A stretch of 64,000 nt of DNA, from the NCBI GenBank assembly GCA_000004695.1, contig CM000154.2:3328001-3392000 (forward strand). Direction: 5' to 3'. Below the pieces are notes generated by a model, which saw only the letters and a program-made list of their open reading frames with translations, made no database searches and was not told the origin of the DNA. Each line of letters opens with the position of its first letter. Within the stretch, counting starts at the first letter, position 1. Made by a program: the position numbers and the translations under genes. Shown here piece after piece: positions 51,595 to 64,000 of the stretch. This DNA comes from Dictyostelium discoideum (lineage: Eukaryota).

Positions 51595-54500
51595 ATGAAA
51601 TTATTATTATTGGCGCTTATTTTAGTGCTCAGTAATATTAATTTAATAAGTGGTAATGGTTTAGTTTGGCCACATCCAAGATTACCATGTAGCCCATATG
51701 ACGAAAGGGGTTGTATAAATACACAAAAATGTAGTAGTACTGATTGTGATTCATTTAAACGTAGAATGTAAATATTAAATTTATTTTTTTATTTTAATTT
51801 TTTATATTTCCTAAAAAAAAAAACAATTTGTTTATTAATTTTTTTAAAAAATAATTATTTTTAGATATTTTGATGTTGCTTATAATACAGCATTTACAAT
51901 TTATCAACATACAATTTTTAAATACTATTCTGCAAATTATTATAAAGTTGAGTTAATAGTTGGAGGTAAAGTTTATTTTATTCATAAATTTGGTCAATTT
52001 AGAGGTGATGATTGTGAATTTGATGAAATTATTCCAGCTTTTTATAAGAAAGTTCAATTTTTAGATTTATCAACACCAATTAAAGCAACAATTCAATTTT
52101 CATTTGATTTTTCATCACATCCAAAACATGCAAACATTTATTATTCCTGTATAGATGTTTGGTTATTCGACTCTGCATATTACAATTATTGCCCAACTAA
52201 TAGTGGTGGTGGAAGTGGTAATAGTGGTGGTAGTTGGTCAAGTGGTGGAAGTGGTAATAGTGGTGGTGGTTGGTCAAGTGGTGGAAGTGGTAATAGTGGT
52301 GGTAGTTGGTCAAGTGGTAATAGTGGTGGTCATTCTACAGGTGATTGCCCAACAAGTAGCGGAGGTTGGACATCTGGTAGTCACTCAAGTGGATCATGGT
52401 CATCAGGTGGTGGTAGTGGTTCATCATCAGGAGGTCAATCAAGTGGATCTTGGTCTTCAGGAGGTGGTTCATCTTCAGGAGGTCATTCAAGTGGATCTTG
52501 GTCTTCAGGAGGTGGTTCATCTGCAGGAGGTGGTTCATCTTCAGGAAGTCATTCAAGTGGATCTTGGTCAAGTGGTGGCTCATCTTCAGGAGGTCAATCA
52601 AGTGGATCTTGGTCTTCAGGAGGTGGTTCATCTTCGGGAGGTCAATCAAGTGGATCTTGGTCTTCAGGAGGTGGTTCATCTTCAGGAAGTCATTCAAGTG
52701 GATCTTGGTCAAGTGGTGGCTCATCTTCAGGAAGTCATTCAAGTGGATCTTGGTCATCAGGTGGTAGCTCATCATCAAGTGGAAACAGCGGATGGATGAC
52801 TGCTTCTGGGGGTAATACTGGTGGAAATACTGGTGGAAATACTGGTGGAAATACCGGTGGCCAATCAAGTGGAAACAGCGGATGGATGACTGCTTCTGGT
52901 GGTAATACTGGTGGTAATACTGGTGGAAATACCGGTGGTCAATCAAGTGGAAACAGCGGATGGATGACTGCTTCTGGTGGTAATACTGGTGGAAATACTG
53001 GTGGAAATACCGGTGGCCAATCAAGTGGAAGCTCTTCATCAGGTGGCAATAGTGGTTGGTTAACATCTTCTGGCAGTAATAGTGGAAGTTCTTCGTCAGG
53101 TAGTAATAGTGGTTGGTTAACATCTTCTGGTAATAGTGTAAGTTCTTCATCAGGTGGTAATAGTGGCTGGTTAACATCTTCTGGTGGTAATAGCGGAGGC
53201 AATAGTGGAAGTTCTTCATCAGGTGGCAATAGTGGTTGGTTAACATCTTCAGGTGGTAACAGTGGTGGTTCCTCATCTTCAGGCAGCAATAGTGGTGCCT
53301 CATCTTCAGGTGACAATACTGGAGGTAATAGCGGTTGGTTGACATCATCTGGTGGTAATACTGGAGGTAATAGTGGTGCTGCAACCGGAGGAAATAGTGG
53401 AGGTAACAGTGGTGCCTCATCTTCAGGAGGTAATAGTGGCGGTGCTTCATCATCTGGTGGCAATACTGGAGGTAATAGCGGTTGGTTGACATCATCTGGT
53501 GGTAATACTGGAGGTAATAGTGGTGCTGCAACCGGAGGAAATAGTGGAGGTAACAGTGGTGCCTCATCTTCAGGAGGTAATAGTGGTTGGTTGACCGGCG
53601 GTGTTACTGGTGGCAATAGTGGAGGTGCTACTGGAGGTAATAGCGGTGGTGCTACTGGAGGTAATAGTGGAGGTGCTACTGGAGGAAATAGCGGTGGTGC
53701 TACTGGAGGCAATAGCGGCGGTGCTTCATCATCTGGTGGCAATAGTGGAGGTGCTACAGGAGGTAATAGCGGTGGTGCTACTGGAGGCAATAGCGGTGGT
53801 GCTACTGGAGGTAATAGCGGTGGTGCTACTGGAGGCAATAGTGGAGGTGCTACAGGTGGTAACAGTGGAGGTGCTACTGGAGGAAATAGCGGCGGTGCTT
53901 CATCATCTGGTGGCAATACTGGAGGTAATAGCGGCGGTGCTACTGGAGGTAATAGCGGCGGTGCTACTGGAGGCAATAGTGGAGGTGCTACAGGTGGTAA
54001 CAGTGGAGGTGCTACTGGAGGAAATAGTGGAGGTAACAGTGGTGCCTCATCTTCAGGAGGTAATAGCGGTTGGTTAACAGGTGGTGCTACTGGTGGTAAT
54101 AGTGGAGGTGCTACTGGAGGAAATAGTGGCGCTGCAACCGGAGGAAATAGTGGTGCTACTGGTGGTAATAGTGGAGGAAATAGTGGCGCTGCAACCGGAG
54201 GAAATATTGGAGGTGCTTCAAGTGGTTCCAGTTCTTCAGGAGGTAATAGCGGTTGGTTAACAGGAGGCGCTACTGGAGGTAATAGTGGCGGTGCTACTGG
54301 AGGTAATAGTGGCGGTGCTACTGGAGGTAATAGTGGCGGTGCTACTGGAGGTAATAGTGGAGGTGCTACTGGAGGTAATAGTGGAGGTGCTACTGGTGGT
54401 AATAGTGGTGCTGCAACTGGAGCAAATAGTGGTGCTGCAACTGGAGCAAATAGTGGCGCTGCAACTGGAGCAAATAGTGGTGCTGCAACTGGTGCAAATA

Positions 54501-55123
54501 GTGGAAACAATGCCGCTGTAACTGGTGCTGCAAATGGAAATAATGGCGCTGCAGCTGGAGCAAATAGTGGTGCCGCAACTGCTGCAAATAGTGGTGCCGC
54601 AACTGCTGCAAATAGTGGTGCCGCAACTGCTGCAAATAGAGGAAACAATGCCGCTGCAACTGGTGCTGCAAATGGAAATAATGGCGCTGCAGCTGGAGCA
54701 AATAGTGGTGCCGCAACTGCTGCAAATAGTGGTGCTGCAAATAGTGGTGCTGCAACTGCTGCAAATAGTGGTGCTGCAGCTGGAGCAAATAGTGGTGCTG
54801 CAACTGCTGCAAATAGTGGCGCTGCAACTGCTGCAAGTGGTGGAAATGGTGCAAGTGGTGCTGCAAACCCTGGTTCAATAGTAACTCCAAATGATCAAAA
54901 TGTTTCTCCATTATCGAACTCTGATGCTGCAGCAACCGCAGCATCAACTACAGGCAGAAACCCAAGAAATCCAACAAGTAGAGCTCCAACGGTCACACCA
55001 ACGCCAACCTCTTCAGCTGAAGAACCAGCTGCTGGTGGCGAAGATTCAAGTGCAATCTCCAAATATAGTATTCAATCATTTGGTATCTTTGTTTTATCAA
55101 TGATAATATATTTAGTAATTTAA
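51595..55123 (+). CDS. Very large (about 1143 aa) secreted, Gly/Ser/Asn/Ala/Thr-repeat cell-surface protein with a C-terminal GPI-type hydrophobic tail, as join(51595..51767, 51865..55123).
   Basis: Exon 1 MKLLLLALILVLSNINLISG is a signal peptide, ending ..KRR+at at a GTAAAT donor at 51768. The intron ends ..TTTTTAG at 51863-51864. Exon 2 starts in phase and encodes a ~110-aa Cys-containing N-domain (IYFDVAYNTAFTIYQ...CIDVWLFDSAYYNYCPT). Repeat zones then follow: SGSWSSGG units, three exact 72-bp units (NSGWMTASGGNTGGNTGGNTGGQSSG), many GGNSGGATGG 30-bp units and an ANSGAATAANSGAAT zone. The tail is PTSSAEEPAAGGEDSSAISKYSIQSFGIFVLSMIIYLVI*. The track ORF 52796.. is only the portion after the first Met in frame. 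Confidence 0.75.
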
Positions 55124-55268
55124 AATAACTAATATTCTTTATATATATATGAAAATAAAATAATAATAATAAAAAAAATTATAAAAATAAAAAAATAAAT
55201 ACAAATCTAAAATTTTAAAATAATATATTTGTATTATTAATATTATTAATATTATTATTTTATTTTTA

Positions 55269-57061
55269 TCACCATTTAACTTTATTTAATAAATCTTGAA
55301 CAAATTGATCGCAATCACCTAAATAAACATAATCAAATTCGTGAGGTTGAGCAACCAACTCACGATTAATTAATATTTGAGGTATTTGTTTATCAACTAT
55401 ATCGGGTAATAAAGACACAGGTTGGACTTGTAATGATGAACCCATAACAATTAGTAAATCAATATCTTTTACATCTTTGAGTACACATTGATCGAATCGG
55501 TCAGGTAGATTTTCACCAAAGAAAACAATATCGGGTTTCATGAATGATTGACCATCATTACATTGTTGACACAAGGGTATTTCCATTTTCATGATGGTAT
55601 CACGAATGGTGGTACCATCGACAGTTAATTTACAAGTGATACAAGTTGCAGTTGAGAAACTACCATGACAATTGACCAATTTCTCTCTATCAATACCTGC
55701 AACATGTTCCAATGTATCGATGTTTTGAGTGTAATTTCTAAGTAGTTTACCTTTTTCATCCAAAAGTTTTATAAAGGAATGAGTTGGTGATGGTTTATGA
55801 TTACCAGGGAAGATCTCTTTTGCAAATTCAAAGAAAGGTAAAGGATTTGCACGTAAGTAATGAATATCAAACAATGATTCTGGTCTTGGTAAATTATATT
55901 TCTTTTCAATAGTTTCGTAAACGCCACCTTTTGATCTAAAATCTGGAATACCACATGAAACTGATACACCAGCACCAGTTATAATTACAATGTTTTTACT
56001 CGATTCAAATAATTGACAAACCTTTTCAAATGTTGATAAATCCAATGTTGCTATCTTTTTTCTATAGGGTCTTGCCAATGTATTATACTTTAAATAATTT
56101 AAAAATAAATTTACTGCCACTTTTTTCCTTGTTAAAAATGCCGTTATAATTTCCCATGCATCATCATCTTTCTCTAATTCCAATTTAAATCCAATATCTT
56201 TGGTAAACTCAATTGGATCAATCCCCAATGATTTCTTTTCTTGAATATGTTTATATATAAAACTACGTGCAACCAATTCAATATTTTCTTCTTCTTCTTC
56301 TCCTTCTTCTTCTTTTGAATTTCCAACATTATTTCCAATTCTTTGAATTTCATCATCAACTTCATCTTTATTATTATTTAAAATATCCAATAATATTGTT
56401 TCATTTATTTGTGTTTTTGTTGTTGTTGTTGTTGTTGTTGATGTTGATGTTGTTGTGGTTGATGAAGTGTTTGTTATTGAAGTGCTGGTTTCTGTATTTA
56501 CTAATTTTTTTTGAATTTTCTTAATTTCATTAATATTATCTAAATGATCTTCATCATCTAATAATTCATCTTCATTTTCATACCCATACTCATATTCACT
56601 ACTTTCATCATCTTCATAGTCATCACTTATTTGTTCTTCATCGGAATATCCTTCACCAACAAATTCATACTTTCTTCCTTTTTTATCCAATTTATTAATT
56701 AATTTAGTATCAATTTCAACATCTAAATCTTCATCTTCATCTACTTCTTGTAATTGTTCTAAACTATTTATAGATTTTCTAAAAATAAAAAAAATAAAAA
56801 AAAGTGGAAATAAAAAAAAATAAAAAAAAAAGGTTAGATTATTTTTTTTATTTTTTTATTTTTTTATTTTTTTTATTTTTTCATTTTCACTTTTTTTTTT
56901 TTTATTTTATTTTTTTTTTTTTTCACGAGGGATGATTTTTACAATTTTTTTAAGGGTGTATTATCAGAAGGGATTTCTTTATTTATTTTATTATTATTAT
57001 TTTTATTTTGATTATTTTGAATTTCGTTTAGTTCATTATTTTCTAAAGATCTCTTATTCAT
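55269..57061 (-). CDS. Sir2-family NAD-dependent protein deacetylase (class I, SIRT1-like), about 542 aa, as complement(join(55269..56778, 56943..57061)).
   Basis: The catalytic core has GAGVSVSCGIPDFRS, the NAD-binding motif. It also has the QNIDTLE and HGSF motifs and Zn-binding CxxC...CxxC (CITCKL / CQQCNDG). The track 'M' at 56690 is a TTG. Upstream exon 1 MNKRSLENNELNEIQNNQNKNNNNKINKEIPSDNTPLKK+tt ends at a GTAAAA donor at 56942. A 164-nt intron ends ..ATTTTTAG at 56779-56780. The junction gives L, then KSINSLEQLQEVDEDED... Confidence 0.85.
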
Positions 57062-57128
57062 ATCTTATTCTTTTTCTTTTTTTATATCTGTTTATTTTTT
57101 TATTTTTATTTTGAAACCGAAAATTTTG

Positions 57129-57159
<31 letters not shown>

Positions 57160-57351
57160 AAAAATAAAAAAAAAAAAAAAAAAAAATAAAATAAAAAAAA
57201 AAAAACAATATTTGGGAAATTTATAATTTTTTTAAATGTTTATATTTAATCAAAATAATAATAAAATAAACAAATAAATTAAAAAGAAAAGAAAAAAAAA
57301 AAAAGAAAATAATTTTTAAAATTAATATTTTTCTTTTTTATTATTTTTTTT

Positions 57352-57366
57352 AATTAATTAATTAAT

Positions 57367-57441
<75 letters not shown>

Positions 57442-57470
57442 CTTATTTATTTATTTATTTATTTTATTTT
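57352..57470. repeat. (TTTA)n tetranucleotide repeat of about 28 units with one variant unit.
   Basis: Read directly from the sequence. Confidence 0.9.
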
Positions 57471-57551
57471 ATATTTTTAAATATAAATTAACATTGAAAT
57501 AAATTATAATTTTACAAACTGATTTCCAAATTTTTTTTTTTTTTTATTTAT

Positions 57552-60611
<3,060 letters not shown>

Positions 60612-61152
60612 AATTTTTTTTTTTTATTTTTAGAAAAAAAAAAAGTGATTAAAATTATTAAAAAAAAAAAAATTAAAAAAAATAATTAATATTTTTTTTT
60701 TTTTTTTTTTTTTAAAAATCAGAAATAATTGGGAACCTTGGAAAAAAAAATTCCTTAACACCTTTTAATAGATTTTATTTTGATTTCAAGACCAAATCAA
60801 AATAAAATAAATTAATTTATCTATTGACTTTTTTGGAAGTTGAAAAAGTGTTTTTTTTTTTTTTTTTTTAAATCAAAAATAGGAAATTTATGAAACCCTT
60901 TGTAAAAAAAAAATTTAAAAATAAAATTTATTCCTATAAAAAGATTTTGAGATTCCCTTTTTTTTTTTTATAACTATATATTTTTAAGAGTTTTTATAAT
61001 AATTATAATTATTATTAAATTTTTTATTAAAACTTTTTTTATTTTTTAAATTTAAATTTTTTTATTTTAAATTTAAATTAAATTTTTTTTAATTATTAAA
61101 TTTAAAATTTTTTTTTTTTTTTTTTTTATTTTTTCACTGAAAGATCATTAAA

Positions 61153-62022
61153 ATGAATCCATTAATTAAAACTGGACTTGAGTCCTTATTAAAAATTAAA
61201 ATTGACGAAAATCAAAATTCAAATTTAATTTCTTATAAAGATTATTCATCAATTATTCATGGTGTTAATCATGAACACAATCAAATAAATTTAAAAAATG
61301 AAGATAATCTCAATTCAAAAATGCTCATTGGTCCAGATAATATTACATTTTTCATAAGACATCTATCAGGAAGAACATATGAAATGAAATCAAATTTTAA
61401 ATGTTTAATTTCAGAAATTAAAAATTTATTTTTTAAAAATTTTGAAAATTCAATAAAACCAAGTGAAATGGTGTTAAATTATAACGGTCATAAATTAGAA
61501 AATAATAAACAACTTTGTGATTATAATATTAGAGATCATTCAACTTTAACTTTATATTTTGAAAATTCAACATATTCAATTGATAAAAATACTTTTGATC
61601 CCAGCTTCGATTATGATTTCACTTCAGTGGTCGATAAAGCAAACGCATTTGTTAGAGGTGGTCATTATTATCAAAGACCATGTGGATCATTTAGATTTGC
61701 ACTAAAAGTTTTGGGAAGATTTAATGAACCAATGGAAGAATGGTTAGGTCAAACAGGGAAGGAAGGAGGTTCGGAATGGGCAGTGTCATATCATAGTTCA
61801 TTAAATGAAGAAAATTGTCTTACAACACCAAGCTTTGAAGTGGCTAAAAAAAATGCCTTTACCTTCACATACAATGGTTTAAATTATTATCTACTATTCC
61901 AAAACAGAATTAATCCATCAACTTTTAAAAGAGAAGTAATTAAAAATGATGAGTATTGGAAATCACCAAACTCATCATCACAACATATAAGACCATACTC
62001 AATTTGTATTGGTAGAGTCTAA
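61153..62022 (+). CDS. Hypothetical 289-aa protein with a central ubiquitin-like (beta-grasp) domain and a C-terminal domain of unknown function.
   Basis: ITFFIRHLSGRTYEMKSNFKCLISEIKNLFFKNFENSIKPSEMVLNYNGHKLENNKQLCDYNIRDHSTLTLYF has the spacing of a ubiquitin fold. It is followed by GGHYYQRPCGSFRFALKVLGRFNEPMEEWLGQTGKEGGSEWAVSYHSS... The UBL assignment is by pattern, not an alignment. Confidence 0.55.
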   Translation: MNPLIKTGLESLLKIKIDENQNSNLISYKDYSSIIHGVNHEHNQINLKNEDNLNSKMLIGPDNITFFIRHLSGRTYEMKSNFKCLISEIKNLFFKNFENSIKPSEMVLNYNGHKLENNKQLCDYNIRDHSTLTLYFENSTYSIDKNTFDPSFDYDFTSVVDKANAFVRGGHYYQRPCGSFRFALKVLGRFNEPMEEWLGQTGKEGGSEWAVSYHSSLNEENCLTTPSFEVAKKNAFTFTYNGLNYYLLFQNRINPSTFKREVIKNDEYWKSPNSSSQHIRPYSICIGRV

Positions 62023-62165
62023 AAATGAATTATTATTATTCTTTTAAATTAAAATAATTAGTAAAAAAAAAAAAAATATATAAATAAATAAATAAAAAAG
62101 TATATTATCATTTTAGAAAATAATTATTATCAATCACAATTATATACATATTTATATATTTATTT

Positions 62166-64000
62166 TTAATCTTTCATTGAATTCATTGAAATTGACATTC
62201 TTTTCATTGATTTCTTCTCTTTTAATTTTCTATAATAAAAAATTGAAGATGCTGCTACTAATGTTGAACCTCCAACTACTGATACTACAACTATTACAGG
62301 TAATTTCCATTTATTTGAATCACAATTTGTATCTTCATCATCATCTTCTGGTCTTAATAATTGACCAAATGAAGGATCAATTATAGTTTTGCTTTTAAAA
62401 TGAGGTGATATAACACCTGTTCTTAATGTGAATTTTGAATTATCAATATCATCTGTTGAAGCACCAATGAAATTATAAATTTTACTATTATTCTGTTTAT
62501 CAATTTGTATTAATTCAGTTTGAGTAATTCTATCATCAATGATTGCACGTGATGCAAATTTACCAGTGAGAGAAGTTGAAAATGTTTGAATTTGATATTG
62601 ATTTTTTAAATATTTTGATTCTGTATCTATTGATTCACAATTATAAAATTCGGATGAATCAGTTTTTGATTTAAAAATTGTAACTAAATAATTTAATTCA
62701 CTTGAAAATTTCCAACCTAAAATAGTAGCTTGATATTTAATTGAATTTTCTGGCATGTATAATGTTTCACCAGCAAATTCGATTTCACCTTGATCAGAGA
62801 AATAATGAATTATCAATTCAAAAATTGTAGAATTATCACCTTGTTTATTAAAACTACCACTATAGAAATTTGATGAGTTTGATAAACCTGTTCTATTTGT
62901 CCATTCAATTTCTGATAATGATAAAAATCTAACTGGATTATCAGTAATATCCATTTCAACTAAATGAGTGATTGCAATTGTATAATTAATTTTTGAACCT
63001 GGGAATGTAGTTGAACCATTTTCATCAATAATTGGTGGTTCAGGTTGTGGTGGGTATTTTTCACTATCGATTGAACAATCTTGACCTCTCCAACCTTGAT
63101 AACATATACATTTTGGTAATTTCTTATTACAATCACCATTTCCTGAACAATTGTTTAATAGCTCACAATCATATAATGTTGAATAAACTAAACAATCATT
63201 CTCTCCACTGAGATCTGCGGAAATAACTTTTACATTTAAACCTTTTCTTTCGCTTGGTAATGGTATTGTTGATTGGTATTTACATTTTATAGTTGTTTGA
63301 TCGACGATTGAAACATTTTCACATTCTTGATCTTCAATGAAAACACTAGTATAATCAATTTTGAAATTTAAAACTGAAATTAAAAGATCAATTGGTTCAT
63401 TTAAATAAACTTGTGATAATACTTTTAATACAATTGGAGATTCATACTCTGATTGTAAAGAGTTTGATATGAGAGATGATTTTGAAATTGCAATAATTTC
63501 AAATTTTCCATAACCTGGTTGAATATCACATTCATATTCTGTACCCACAATCAAGGCTAAACAATTCAATAAGAATCCAATTGGAGAATTAATTGATGGA
63601 GTTTTAAAAGTATATTGAAATTGTAATGCTACAGCGTTATTGTTTGAATCTTCTTCAAATAAATAATTACCACTAATTGTTATTTTACTTGTACTATTAA
63701 ATGAAGATGCTATTGGTTTAATACTGAATAGAATTGGATAAATATCTAATAATAAAGAATTTGATTTCTGTGAATCAACAATAACATAGATATCACCATT
63801 TCTTGATTTACTTGTTAATAAATTAAATTCAATTCTATTACTATCGATTGATTTTATAGTTGGTTCATAACTTCCAAAAATTAGAGTTGTCAAAGTTTTA
63901 CTTAAATTTCTTCCAATGATTACAACTAAATCTTCAACTTGTGTAACTGATAATAACTCTGGTTTAAAGAATGAATAGATTACTTTATTTGATTTTAATT
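62166..64000 (-). CDS. Type I membrane protein with a large extracellular region including an EGF-like module, one TM helix and a short cytoplasmic tail. The 5' end lies beyond the window end.
   Basis: The ORF is open to position 64000; the track 'M' at 63893 is a TTG. The EGF-like module is CSGNGDCNKKLPKCICYQGWRGQDCS. The TM helix is LPVIVVVSVVGGSTLVAASSIFYY, followed by RKLKEKKSMKRMSISMNSMKD*. There are many N-glycosylation sequons. Confidence 0.7.
   Translation of the reverse strand, partial: LKSNKVIYSFFKPELLSVTQVEDLVVIIGRNLSKTLTTLIFGSYEPTIKSIDSNRIEFNLLTSKSRNGDIYVIVDSQKSNSLLLDIYPILFSIKPIASSFNSTSKITISGNYLFEEDSNNNAVALQFQYTFKTPSINSPIGFLLNCLALIVGTEYECDIQPGYGKFEIIAISKSSLISNSLQSEYESPIVLKVLSQVYLNEPIDLLISVLNFKIDYTSVFIEDQECENVSIVDQTTIKCKYQSTIPLPSERKGLNVKVISADLSGENDCLVYSTLYDCELLNNCSGNGDCNKKLPKCICYQGWRGQDCSIDSEKYPPQPEPPIIDENGSTTFPGSKINYTIAITHLVEMDITDNPVRFLSLSEIEWTNRTGLSNSSNFYSGSFNKQGDNSTIFELIIHYFSDQGEIEFAGETLYMPENSIKYQATILGWKFSSELNYLVTIFKSKTDSSEFYNCESIDTESKYLKNQYQIQTFSTSLTGKFASRAIIDDRITQTELIQIDKQNNSKIYNFIGASTDDIDNSKFTLRTGVISPHFKSKTIIDPSFGQLLRPEDDDEDTNCDSNKWKLPVIVVVSVVGGSTLVAASSIFYYRKLKEKKSMKRMSISMNSMKD

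Noticed and set aside
52939-54648. A 569-aa minus-strand ORF (PPVAPPLLPPVAPP...) plus several 100-200-aa ORFs (52155..52799, 52335..53567, 54390..54947) overlapping the repeat gene.
   Set aside because: They are alternative or antisense-frame read-throughs of the GGT/AGT/GCT-rich repeat DNA. The repetitive codons simply lack stops in all frames. The plus-strand frame continuous with the signal-peptide exon is the gene.

Overview
This window reads as Dictyostelium discoideum-type nuclear DNA. It is about 75-80% A+T, with poly-Asn and poly-Gln tracts inside ORFs, short GTAAGT...AG introns, AAAATG-type starts and long oligo(dA)/(dT) intergenic runs. I see about 27 protein-coding genes, one intron-containing tRNA gene and several microsatellites. 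It is not a prokaryotic locus.

The genes I could identify by sequence include an actin (9403-10533), a PEX1 AAA-ATPase with a 30-codon first exon (12420-16124), a class-3 lipase fused to an N/Q-rich N-terminal exon, a Trf4/Cid1-type non-canonical poly(A) polymerase, a SIRT1-like sirtuin with an upstream mini-exon, and a CCDC124/Lso2-like protein. There are also two tandem TMEM53/DUF829-like genes, a ponticulin-like small Cys-rich GPI protein, two large EGF-repeat surface proteins, and a roughly 1140-aa Gly/Ser/Asn/Ala-repeat GPI-type surface protein.

The most striking organisational feature is six members of one Dictyostelium-type Asn-rich paralogous family of unknown function. They share an N-terminal LFWKVFxN..IRN motif. 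Two of them are a recent tandem duplicate with nearly identical 5' ends, and one carries an apparent frameshift.

The tRNA gene (8512-8601, minus strand) is followed by a Pol III oligo-T terminator and an external B-box-like element. A GC-richer, 5'-truncated, poly(A)-ended retroelement ORF fragment lies immediately downstream, which is the classic tRNA-targeted TRE arrangement.

A 3'-fragment pseudocopy of the gene at 10795-12114 lies 12 kb away, at 23960-24360. A roughly 500-bp stretch (16430-16960) has anomalous G/C homopolymer runs and looks like low-quality sequence.

All intron and exon coordinates were derived by hand from the sequence and should be treated as approximate (+/- a few nt) unless the splice motifs are stated.
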